Part shown: positions 31,883 through 40,548 of the stretch, piece after piece
Numbering within the stretch: the first letter of the stretch is position 1
How the letters are laid out: each line of letters opens with the position of its first letter
Origin: Terriglobia bacterium
GTDB lineage: Bacteria > Acidobacteriota > Terriglobia > Bryobacterales > UBA6623
DNA: 64,000 nucleotides
Reading direction: 5' to 3'
NCBI GenBank assembly: GCA_963824095.1
Contig: CAWGNS010000008.1
Coordinates: 833,272-897,271 of the forward strand
Translations under genes and position numbers: made by a program
The notes under the pieces: model-generated
The model's database searches: none
Seen by the model: the letters and a program-made list of their open reading frames with translations, nothing else
Told to the model about the DNA's origin: nothing

Positions 31883-33937
31883 TTGGCCATGAATTTCGGC
31901 ATCGGCGACACGGTTGGCGGCTACGAGATCGTGGGAGTTCTCGGCTCCGGCGGCATGGGAGAGGTGTATCGCGTCCGCAACGTGATCTCCGACCGCGTCG
32001 ACGCCATGAAGGTGCTGCTGGCCAGGCTGCAGCGCGAACAGGATTTCGCAAGCCGCTTCATCCGGGAAATCAAGCTGCAAGCGCGGCTCGTGCACCCCAA
32101 CATCGCCCAGCTCTACACCGCCTTCGAGCATCAGGGCAACCTGATGATGATTCTCGAGCTGGTGGACGGCGTCAACCTGATGCAAATGCTGGACGCCGGC
32201 CGGGTTCCGCTGGCGAGCGCGGTGGACTACACGTCCCAGGCGCTGAACGCCCTCAGCTACGCCCACGCTCAGGGCGTCATCCATCGCGACATCAAGCCGG
32301 GCAACATCATGGTGACGCGCGCGGGCGTCGTCAAGCTGATGGATTTCGGCATCGCCAAGGCGGCCACCGACCACTCGCTGACGGTGACCGGCAATCTGAT
32401 CGGATCGTTGTATTACATGTCGCCCGAGCAGGTGCGGGCCGAAGCCATCGACCATCGCTCGGATCTGTATTCGGTGGGCGTGGTGCTCTACCAGATGGCG
32501 ACCGGAAGGAAACCGTTCGAGGGCGACAGCGAATACAAGATCATGCAAGCGCAGGTGGAGCATGTGCCGCCGCCGCCCAGCGCGATCGACGCGACAGTGC
32601 CGGAGCGGTTGAGCCAGATCATCCTGCGGGCGCTCGCCAAAGACCGCAACGAACGGTTTCAGACGGGCGAGGAATTTCGCGAGGCGCTGCGGCAGGTGGC
32701 AGGGTCGCTACAAGAAGGGGCGTCGGCGCGGGAAGGCGAGATCGGCGCGACGCGCATGATGGGGGCGGCGCTGCACGCTCCAGCCGTGCCGCGGGAAGCT
32801 CAAGAGGCGTCGACGGCTCCCCGCGAGCCGCTGCCCGAGCGCCGCGAGACCGGCCCGGCGGCGGGCGCGATTCCGCGGCCCGGCACTGCCCAAGCGGCGC
32901 CGGCGCAGGACAAGCAGCCGCGCCGTTCGCGATCCGCCTTGTGGGTTGGCGCCGGCGTGGCGGCGGCGGTCCTGGCGGTCGCCGGCACCCAGATTCACGA
33001 CTGGCTGGCGAGCGCGAAGCCGGCTCGGACGGCAGCCGTGGCGCCGGCCATTGATCTGCAAACGCCGGGCTCGCCAAGCCCGCAACAGCAGGCGCCGGGG
33101 GCCGGAGCGGAACCGGCGGCGGCGGCTCGACCAAGCTCGGTATCGCAAGGAAACGTGCCGAAGGAAATCGCCGCGCAGCCGCTGCTCATTACCGGCGGAT
33201 CCGGCGGGGGCGTCGCGGACAACCCCGCTTCCCCGCCCTCAGCTCCTCCGAAGGCCGCGAGCAAATCGTCCGGCAACGAGGCTAGCGTCCCGCCGAGTTC
33301 ACCGCGAACGGAAGCTGCGTCGTCTACGGCTCCGAACAGCCGCGCGGCCAGCGGTGAGCCGCGACCGGGGTCCGCTACACCGGCGGCCTCGCACTCGACT
33401 TCGGAAGCGAAACCCGCGGCTGGGACAAGCCCGTCCACGACACCGCCCGCAGCCGGAGCGGCAGCCTCTTCCGCCCCGCCGCTGGTGGCGCATCCGCCTG
33501 CCGGCCAACCGCCCGCGCCGGACGCGGCCGCGCAGCCGGGGACCCCAGCGCCCGCCGCCCAGGCTCCGGACACGCCGCCGCCGGCAACACCGGCTCCCGT
33601 CGTCGAGCGGATCTATACCCCGAACGAGGTCGACGTTCCGCCGAAGCTCGTACGGCAGGTGCAGCCGCGCTACACCGAGGCGGCCCAGAAGGCGCGGGTA
33701 CAAGGCAAGGTCCGGCTGTCGGCGGAAATCTGGCCCGACGGCCGCGCTCACAACATTCAGGTACTGCAAAGCGTCGGCCACGCCGACCTCGACCGCAACG
33801 CGATGGCGGCGCTTTCGCTGTGGCAGTTCGTTCCCGGCCGCAAAGACGGCGTTGCCGTCAAAGTGCGCGCCGTGATCGACCAGACTTATCGCCTCCAGGG
33901 CAGCAAGTCGACGCCGGCGCTTTCGAAAGATCAGTAG
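31883..33937 (+). CDS. Ser/Thr protein kinase - TM - Pro/Ala/Ser-rich linker - TonB C-terminal domain fusion
   Basis: ORF track, 684 aa. Hanks kinase motifs are present (GSGGMGEVY, HRDIKPGNIM, DFG, SPEQ). TM helix: ALWVGAGVAAAVLAVAG. A low-complexity linker of ~230 aa follows. The C-terminus (PPKLVRQVQPRYTEAAQKARVQGKVRLSAEIWPDGRAHNIQVLQSVGHADLDRNAMAALSLWQFVPG) is TonB_C-like. Confidence 0.85.
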   Translation: MAMNFGIGDTVGGYEIVGVLGSGGMGEVYRVRNVISDRVDAMKVLLARLQREQDFASRFIREIKLQARLVHPNIAQLYTAFEHQGNLMMILELVDGVNLMQMLDAGRVPLASAVDYTSQALNALSYAHAQGVIHRDIKPGNIMVTRAGVVKLMDFGIAKAATDHSLTVTGNLIGSLYYMSPEQVRAEAIDHRSDLYSVGVVLYQMATGRKPFEGDSEYKIMQAQVEHVPPPPSAIDATVPERLSQIILRALAKDRNERFQTGEEFREALRQVAGSLQEGASAREGEIGATRMMGAALHAPAVPREAQEASTAPREPLPERRETGPAAGAIPRPGTAQAAPAQDKQPRRSRSALWVGAGVAAAVLAVAGTQIHDWLASAKPARTAAVAPAIDLQTPGSPSPQQQAPGAGAEPAAAARPSSVSQGNVPKEIAAQPLLITGGSGGGVADNPASPPSAPPKAASKSSGNEASVPPSSPRTEAASSTAPNSRAASGEPRPGSATPAASHSTSEAKPAAGTSPSTTPPAAGAAASSAPPLVAHPPAGQPPAPDAAAQPGTPAPAAQAPDTPPPATPAPVVERIYTPNEVDVPPKLVRQVQPRYTEAAQKARVQGKVRLSAEIWPDGRAHNIQVLQSVGHADLDRNAMAALSLWQFVPGRKDGVAVKVRAVIDQTYRLQGSKSTPALSKDQ

Positions 33938-34115
33938 CCTCCACGCCCTCCAACGATTTACACCTGTTACTCCGATATCGCGGGCGTTTTGCGGCGTTTG
34001 CCGCGTTCGTTGTCGTACAATCGTCTCTCCGGCCAGCGCTTGGGAACCGCCGGTCCGCTACCAGGCTGAGATCCTTCAGTCTGGGTCGTCCGCGTCAATC
34101 TCATTTAGAAAGAGG

Positions 34116-34775
34116 ATGTCTATGAGGACCCTGTGTGTATTGGTGTGCGCCTTGATGCTCGCGCCGCTGGCGGCGTCGGCGGACACGTTCGAGACGTATT
34201 ACTTTCAGGTCAGCATGAGTCCATCGGCGGAAACGCCGGAGCCCATCACGGCCTCGATGGCTAGCGGCAGCTCGCTGGTGCGGATTCACATCCGCCGCGG
34301 CGACACGGGTGAATTCGTGCAAGCGGCGGTCGACTTCGACACGACGCTGACCGTGGTGCAGGAACAGAACCTGACCAACATGCACATTCACAAAGGCGCC
34401 GCGGGCGTGGCCGGCGGCGTGGTCATCGACAGCCGCTTCAACATGGGTACGCCGGGGCTGACAGTCCCGGTGGAAGCCGGCGGCACCGCCCGCATCATCC
34501 GGCAGTTCATCGTGGAGCCCGACAATCCGGACGGGATTGCCACCATCGACGAGATCCTCGCCAACCCCGAGGGTTTCTATGTCAACGTGCACTCCAGCGC
34601 GCACCCCGCGGGTCTGGCCCGCGGCCAACTGCACCCCATGGATCTGACCGCGATCCTCGACACGGGTGCCAAAATCGACGCCACGCAAGCGTCGATCGGA
34701 GCGCTGCAAGAGCAGGTCAATGCCTTGCAAGGGCTGCTGACGCGCCTTGCTCTGCGGTTTTCGATTAACCCTTGA
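34116..34775 (+). CDS. Secreted CHRD-domain protein with a C-terminal coiled-coil-like tail
   Basis: ORF track, 219 aa. Signal peptide MSMRTLCVLVCALMLAPLAASA. CHRD motifs NMHIHKGAAGVAGGVV and YVNVHSSAHPAGLARGQL are present. The start may be the second ATG (34122). Confidence 0.8.
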   Translation: MSMRTLCVLVCALMLAPLAASADTFETYYFQVSMSPSAETPEPITASMASGSSLVRIHIRRGDTGEFVQAAVDFDTTLTVVQEQNLTNMHIHKGAAGVAGGVVIDSRFNMGTPGLTVPVEAGGTARIIRQFIVEPDNPDGIATIDEILANPEGFYVNVHSSAHPAGLARGQLHPMDLTAILDTGAKIDATQASIGALQEQVNALQGLLTRLALRFSINP

Positions 34776-34802
34776 TTTGGTTTTTGTGCTTCGCGTAAGG
34801 CC

Positions 34803-34836
34803 GGGCCTCTCGACTATTTTTTGGGTCGAGAGGCCC
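34803..34836. terminator. 12-bp-stem hairpin (GGGCCTCTCGAC-N10-GTCGAGAGGCCC) between convergent genes (CHRD and FtsX permease)
   Basis: Read directly. The loop is T-rich. No clean U-tract follows the stem on either strand. Confidence 0.5.
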
Positions 34837-34847
34837 TTGGCCTCTTG

Positions 34848-34882
34848 GTGGCGCGGGCCGCCGGCCGGAGGCCCGCGCCCAC
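34848..34882. repeat. R1-derived palindrome (GTGGCGCGGGCC-GCCGGCCGGA-GGCCCGCGCCCAC)
   Basis: Read directly. Two R1 tails face each other. Confidence 0.75.
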
Positions 34883-34912
34883 TTTCTTGGCGAGGCGGCT
34901 TCTTGGCTGGCA

Positions 34913-37900
34913 CTATTCGCTTCTTAGGGCGGGGACGATGGGGCTGCGCAGGGTGGCGGCGATGGCAACTCCTCCGGCGGTCAGGCCAACGAGCAAAATC
35001 AGTAGCAGGGTTACCGAGAGCGAGAGCCAGGGCGTGCTGGCTTGGCCGCTCAGCAGATGTGGTGCGACCGCCAGCAGCGCGGCGGCGGTTCCGATCAGGA
35101 CTCCGAATACGAGCAGAAACGCGTTCTCTGCCAGCACCAGCCACGAGATCGCGGAGCGGCCGAAGCCGACCGCTTGCAGCAGCGCCAGCTCGCCGCGCCG
35201 CTCGAGTACGTTGCGCACCATCACCACCGCCAGGCCGAGCGTTCCGAGCAGCAGGCCCAGTCCTCCCAGAGTCTGAAACGTGCTGAGGTAGGTGTTTTCG
35301 ACCACCATGTATCCCGCCAGGCGGTCGGCCGTGCGGGTGGCGTCGAGGCTGCGGTCGGCGAAGTGGTCTTCGAGCCACGCCGAGGCGCCCGGCGATGGCG
35401 TATCGACCAGAAATAGGTTGTAGCCGCCGCGGCTGGGGAACAGTTCGAGAAAGTTTTCTTCCGAGAGAATGAGTTGCGACTGGAAGACGCTGCCGGCGAG
35501 CATCCCGGCGATCACCAGTTTCCGCGGCTGGCCCTGCTCGTCGGGGATTTCCAGTTCCTGGCCAAGGCCGAGGTGCAGAATCCATTGCACCGAATTGGCG
35601 TCTCCGAACACGGGGATCGCGCCGTCGGGTGTTTTCTGGTCGAGCAGCAGCCAGGGGTTGGCCGTTGCGGCGTCGTCCGCGGCCAGGGTCGATTGGAAGG
35701 CGAAGCCGCCGCGGCGGATCATCTCGGGCGGCGCGCCGAGCAGGGTCGGTTTGGACGGCTGGTAGAGATTCAGGCAACTGGCGTCTTCGCCTGGCTTGAC
35801 GCGAAACGGAAAGATGACGAGGGGCGCGGCGTCCTGGGGCGGCTCGAGCTGAAGCTGGCTGCCGTAGATGGGCACGTCGGACTCGGCGATCAGCCGGAAA
35901 CCGCCGTCGCCCGAGTCACGCGCGGGTTCCTCGGAACTGACGTCGTGGCGATTGACGGCCACCGTCACGATCACGAAGCTGGCGCTGGCGATCAGCGCCG
36001 CCGACAGCACGCTGCGGGCCGGGTAGCGCGAACCGTTGCGGGCCGCCAGCCGCGCCAGCGGAATGCGGCCGTGGCCATGAATCAGGCCATGGTGAGGCGC
36101 ATAGAGACGCGCCCGAAACCAGGCCAGCGCCGCCACCAGCAATAGCGTCCCCACTCCGAAAAATCCAGCCTCGGCGGGCACGGCGGCGGTCGCCAGCGAG
36201 AGCGCGAGCAGCAGCGCGGCGAGTCCGGCGCAAACGAGGGCCGTCCAGCGGGCGCGGCGGGCGCGCTTTTCCAGAAACTCGGGTAACCGCGAGCCTTCGG
36301 TGTTGCCGGCCAGCAGCGAGCGGGGGCTGAGGCGTTCGAGCTTACGGACCGAAAGCCAGATCGAGAGCACCATCAGCAACAGCCCTCCCACGGCGCCGCC
36401 GATCAGGCTCGCCGCGGTGACGTGCAACTCCAGAAACGAGCCGCCGACGGCTGCGCTCCACCAGGTTCGCAGGCCGTGGACCATCAGCGCCGCGTAAGCC
36501 ACCGCGAAGGGCAGCCCCAGCACGCAACCCAGGGCCGCGATCACCGTTCCTTCGGCGAGCAGCAGCCGCCGCACCAACTTCACCGGCTGGCCGGTCGCCA
36601 GCAGCAGGCCGATCTCTTTCGCGCGGCGCTCGATGCCGAGCCGGAACAAGAGCGCCACCAGCATCGCCGCGGCGACGATCAGGAACATGCTGAAGCCGAT
36701 AAACAGGCCGGAAAAATCGGTCGCGCCCGAAGAGGCCGCGAGCCCGGCGGCTTTGACGGGCCGGAACGACAGGCCGTAGCCGGCGGGATCGAGTTCGGCG
36801 AGCAAGGCCGGCCCGAACGCGGCGGCGGCCTGGTCGAGCGATTGCCCCGCTTTGGGGACGATGCGCAGCGAAGTGAGTTGCCCGAACCGGCTGGTCCAGA
36901 GTGTCTTGGCGGTTTCGAGCGCGACGAATGCTTTCGGCGCGGTGCGGTAATGATCCCAGTAGTCCTCGTCGACGGGACGCACCTTGCTCAGGTCGACAGG
37001 GAACGGCGGGTCCCAGTCGCCCATGCGCTGCGAGTCGGTCATGCCTTTCATTTCGGGCGCCAGGTCGCGGTCGATGGCGAGGCCGTCGAGCTTCACGACG
37101 CCTTGCAACTGGAAGTCGTGGCTGGCGGTGTCGAGCGCGCCTTGAGGTCCGACGACGTAGTAAGTGAGCTTGACGGTGTCGCCGGGCTTTGCGCCGAGGT
37201 CGCGCGCCGCCCACTCGTTGAGCAGAATCCCGTCGCCGGAAAGCGTCGCCGGCTGGCCGTTGCCGAGGTGCAGCGCGGCGGCGACCGAAGGGTCGGCGAA
37301 GTCGAAGGCCGTAACGGTCGAATAGGGGATGCTGCGCGGGCCGGCGGGCCGCTCGATCTCGATGCTGTTGGCGAGATAGGTGAGGACCGGGACGACGCTC
37401 ATGCCTTGTTGCCGCGCGGCGCGTTCGGCGGCCGCGGGCGTGCTCTGCTCGAGCACCACGCGGTCGCTTTGCAGCGCGAGCTGCTGGGGACCGGCGAGCG
37501 GGCGCAGCTCGAGATTCAGGTCGGCGAGCTGGAGTTTCTCGTGGAGCATCGCAGCCAGCGCAGTGGGGGCGTTGTTCGAAGCGCGCGGCTGGCCGTTGGC
37601 GGCGTTTTCGGAAACGAACAGCGCGTTGGCGCGGCCGGATTGCTCGAGGGCGCGCTGCAATGCCGGTAGGGAAACGAAGGCGTTAAAGGGCAACTGCTGG
37701 CTGGGCGAGAGGCCGAAGCGACCGACGCCGCTGTTGGCGAGGATTGCGGCGACGGTCATCCGCAGCACGCGCACGTTGTCGCTCTTGCGGCCCATCACGG
37801 ACTCGCTGGGCACCAGGGTGTCGGTCTGGAAGCGCAGCAGCACGGCGTCGCCGGGTTTGGCGCCGATCTCGTGGGCCAGCGATTCGTTGATGAGGACGTC

Positions 37901-38299
37901 GCGCGGACCCGGGAGAATCTCGGGAGTGGCATACAGCGACCAGAAGCGCTCGTCGGCTGCGATCAGGTTCACCGCGGAGGCGCGGGCGTGGGATTCGGCG
38001 GCTTCGACGGCTCCGCGCAGCAGGATGGCGGGCGCGGCTTTGTCGAAGGCGGGGGAGAACTGCTCCGACGCGGCAAGATCGCCGGCCAGGTCTTCTCGGA
38101 AGAAGCGTTCGCCGACAAGGGCGTCGTCGATTTTGCCGAGGCGGTCGAGGGTGAGGTCGCGCAAGCTGCCGCGGACCGAATCGCCGACGATGAGGGCTCC
38201 GGCCAGAACGGCGGTGCCGACCGCGACGCCCAGGGCTACGGCCAGGAAGATGCCCCGGTGGTAGCGGAGGGAGCGTTGGAGTAGGCGTCGCGGGTTCAT
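34913..38299 (-). CDS. Duplicated FtsX-domain ABC-type permease (MacB/YbbP-like), with no ATPase gene adjacent
   Basis: ORF 34913-38419 trimmed to the ATG at 38299 (MNPRRLLQRSLRYHRGIFLAVALG). Two blocks of 4 TM helices, each preceded by a large extracytoplasmic region. Confidence 0.8.
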   Translation of the reverse strand: MNPRRLLQRSLRYHRGIFLAVALGVAVGTAVLAGALIVGDSVRGSLRDLTLDRLGKIDDALVGERFFREDLAGDLAASEQFSPAFDKAAPAILLRGAVEAAESHARASAVNLIAADERFWSLYATPEILPGPRDVLINESLAHEIGAKPGDAVLLRFQTDTLVPSESVMGRKSDNVRVLRMTVAAILANSGVGRFGLSPSQQLPFNAFVSLPALQRALEQSGRANALFVSENAANGQPRASNNAPTALAAMLHEKLQLADLNLELRPLAGPQQLALQSDRVVLEQSTPAAAERAARQQGMSVVPVLTYLANSIEIERPAGPRSIPYSTVTAFDFADPSVAAALHLGNGQPATLSGDGILLNEWAARDLGAKPGDTVKLTYYVVGPQGALDTASHDFQLQGVVKLDGLAIDRDLAPEMKGMTDSQRMGDWDPPFPVDLSKVRPVDEDYWDHYRTAPKAFVALETAKTLWTSRFGQLTSLRIVPKAGQSLDQAAAAFGPALLAELDPAGYGLSFRPVKAAGLAASSGATDFSGLFIGFSMFLIVAAAMLVALLFRLGIERRAKEIGLLLATGQPVKLVRRLLLAEGTVIAALGCVLGLPFAVAYAALMVHGLRTWWSAAVGGSFLELHVTAASLIGGAVGGLLLMVLSIWLSVRKLERLSPRSLLAGNTEGSRLPEFLEKRARRARWTALVCAGLAALLLALSLATAAVPAEAGFFGVGTLLLVAALAWFRARLYAPHHGLIHGHGRIPLARLAARNGSRYPARSVLSAALIASASFVIVTVAVNRHDVSSEEPARDSGDGGFRLIAESDVPIYGSQLQLEPPQDAAPLVIFPFRVKPGEDASCLNLYQPSKPTLLGAPPEMIRRGGFAFQSTLAADDAATANPWLLLDQKTPDGAIPVFGDANSVQWILHLGLGQELEIPDEQGQPRKLVIAGMLAGSVFQSQLILSEENFLELFPSRGGYNLFLVDTPSPGASAWLEDHFADRSLDATRTADRLAGYMVVENTYLSTFQTLGGLGLLLGTLGLAVVMVRNVLERRGELALLQAVGFGRSAISWLVLAENAFLLVFGVLIGTAAALLAVAPHLLSGQASTPWLSLSVTLLLILLVGLTAGGVAIAATLRSPIVPALRSE

Positions 38300-38395
38300 G
38301 GCTGCTCCGATGTTGTTTGCCTCCGGCGGGAGGGCTGTTCCTTGTCTGCGCGGGGGTGCCCGAAGTCTTGGTTCGGGCAGCGGGCCTGGTTGTTT

Positions 38396-38419
38396 GGGCA
38401 GGCCGGAGGCCTGCCCCAC
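38396..38419 (+). repeat. R1-related short element (GGGCAGGCCGGAGGCCTGCCCCAC)
   Basis: Read directly. Self-complementary: GGGCAGGCC/GGCCTGCCC. Confidence 0.65.
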
Positions 38420-38431
38420 TGGGCTGTCCTG

Positions 38432-39853
38432 CTAGGTTTCGAGCAACCTGCCTAGCGATTGCTTGCGGGGCTTCGGCGAGGCGAAGCTCCACAGGCGGTC
38501 GTTGCTGGGATCCTTATCCCAATCGGGCGTCGGCTCGAAGTAGCCGGGCTCGTAGAGATGCTCTTTGACGACGTCGTCGACGAGCTCGACTCCCAGGCCG
38601 GGGCCCTCCGGCACCTGGGCGAAGCCCTTGTTCAGGATCGGCTTTTCGGGGCCGGTGACCATCGTGTCCCACCAGGGCACTTCGACCGAGTGATTTTCGA
38701 GCGCCAGGAAGTTTTCGGTGGCCGCGGCGCAGTGCAGGCTGGCCATGAACGACACGGGCGTCCCGGCGAAATGCATCGCCATGGCGACGCCGCCTTCCTG
38801 AGCGTAGTCGCCGATTTTTTTGGTCTCGAGAAGCCCGCCCGAGGTGGCCAGGTCGGGGTGGATGATGTCCACCGCGTGCATGTCGATGAGCTTCTTGAAA
38901 TCTTCCTTGAGGTAGATGTCCTCGCCGGTGAGAATCGGGATATCGACCTCGTCGGTGATCTCTTTCACCAGGTCGGCGTGCTGCCAGGGAATCATGTCCT
39001 CGAGCCAGGCCATGTTGTATTTCTCGAGGGCCTTGCCGAGCCGGATGCAACTGTTGACGCCGATGTGGCCGAAGTGATCGGCGGCGAGCGGCACGTCCAT
39101 GCCGATCTGCTCGCGCACGGCGGCAACGTAGTCGGTCATCATCTCGATCCCTTTGGGGGTGATCTCGTTGCCGGTGAACATGTGCATCACGTTCTGGCGT
39201 TCCCAGCGCGAGACCTCGCCCAGCGGGTGCGTGAGCGTGCCTTCCTTGTCGGAGACGAGCCCAACACCGAGGTCCATCTTGAGAAACGTGAAGCCCAGCT
39301 CCATGCGGCCCTTCATGCGGCGGCCGTACTCGGCCGGGTCGCGCGACATGGTCGTATCGGCGTAGAGGCGAATCTTGTCGCGGAACTTACCGCCCAGCAT
39401 CTGGTAGGCGGGCACGTGGTAGGCTTTGCCGGCCAGGTCCCACAGCGCCATTTCGACGCCGCAGACGCCGCCGCCCTGGCGGGCGGGCCCGCCGAACTGC
39501 TTGATCTTGCGGAAAATACGGTCCACGTTACAGGGATTTTCGCCGAGAATCCGGCTCTTCAGCATCAAGGCGTAGTTCTTGCTGGCGCCGTCGCGGACTT
39601 CGCCGAGCCCGACCAGGCCCTGGTTGGTGTAGAGCTTGATCAGCGGGCAACGCATCGGAGCGTCCTTGACCGTCGCGACTCTCAGGTCGGTGATTTTCAG
39701 GTCCGAGGGCCGCGACATGGTGTTGACGCTTTGCATGGCGGCTTCGAGATCCGATTCCCGAACGAAACTTCCGGCGGCAATCGCGGCGCCGGCGCCCGCA
39801 GCTCTCTTCACGAACGAGCGGCGGTCGAAGAGTCGTTGCACTGCTGGCTTCAT
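38432..39853 (-). CDS. Enolase-superfamily enzyme (mandelate racemase/muconate lactonizing family, mannonate-dehydratase-like) with a Tat signal
   Basis: ORF 38432-40060 trimmed to the ATG at 39853, which follows an AGGAGA RBS. MKPAVQRLFDRRSFVKRAAGAGAAIAAG is a Tat motif. VEMALWDLAGKAYHVPAYQMLGGKFRD, KMDLG, ADHFGH and WLEDMIP are present. Confidence 0.85.
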   Translation of the reverse strand: MKPAVQRLFDRRSFVKRAAGAGAAIAAGSFVRESDLEAAMQSVNTMSRPSDLKITDLRVATVKDAPMRCPLIKLYTNQGLVGLGEVRDGASKNYALMLKSRILGENPCNVDRIFRKIKQFGGPARQGGGVCGVEMALWDLAGKAYHVPAYQMLGGKFRDKIRLYADTTMSRDPAEYGRRMKGRMELGFTFLKMDLGVGLVSDKEGTLTHPLGEVSRWERQNVMHMFTGNEITPKGIEMMTDYVAAVREQIGMDVPLAADHFGHIGVNSCIRLGKALEKYNMAWLEDMIPWQHADLVKEITDEVDIPILTGEDIYLKEDFKKLIDMHAVDIIHPDLATSGGLLETKKIGDYAQEGGVAMAMHFAGTPVSFMASLHCAAATENFLALENHSVEVPWWDTMVTGPEKPILNKGFAQVPEGPGLGVELVDDVVKEHLYEPGYFEPTPDWDKDPSNDRLWSFASPKPRKQSLGRLLET

Positions 39854-40066
39854 GGCGATTTCTCCTAGGCGCCTGAAATCCCGGGCGCCGGTGGGTTTTG
39901 AGGTCGCTAAGAGTGTAGCAATTGAGGGCCTGCGGTATAGCGGAGCGCCGTGGGAAAGGGGCGAATTTCGAGGGAATATCCATGCCGCTTTGCAGCGCCC
40001 CACAAAGGCGGGCCCGCGCAAGCAAACGCACCCGCCGCGCCAAGCCCACCAAGAGGCCACCCCAAA

Positions 40067-40276
40067 CCGAAACAGAGCCGCAGGCGTAAGCCGGCGGGCC
40101 GAAGCGCCACAAAACCAGATCCGAAGGAAAAACTACCCCAACCGCAGTTCCCAGCCTCCCGGCTCCCAGCGCTCCCTTCGCCCGGGATTGCCCCGGCACG
40201 CCCGGCCCAATTTCCACAATCCCACGCCCCTCAGCCAGCCTCGGCCCGCCGGCTCACGCCTGCGGCTCTGTCTTCG
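40067..40276 (+). repeat. R4 element copy a: ~210 bp with ~31-bp near-perfect inverted arms (40071-40102 and 40241-40271) around a 138-nt spacer
   Basis: Read directly. The left arm is AACAGAGCCGCAGGCGTAAGCCGGCGGGCCGA, and its reverse complement has 30/31 matches. Confidence 0.85.
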
Positions 40277-40548
40277 CTGGCCGCGCGGTAGTCAACGTCC
40301 CGCAGGGAATGCGTTGGTTGGCAGTGTCCTTGCCGTCTGCGACGGGACCGGGCGGCTGAAACGTGACCGGCCGCCCGCGCTGTAACATGCCGTTCATGCC
40401 CTGACCGGCCACCCGCGCCCCGTTGTCTATAATGAATCCACCTTCACCGGGACCTGCCGCTGCATCGGCAAGTCCTGGCCGCGTAGTCAATAAGAGCCCG
40501 CCGCCCGGCTTCGGCTGCCCCGATAAACGGTGGTTCCCTGGACGATCG

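Noticed and set aside
34101-35777. 558-aa minus-strand ORF overlapping the CHRD gene and the 3' part of the FtsX permease gene in another frame
   Set aside because: Extremely Arg/Pro-rich nonsense. Both overlapped genes have strong independent support.
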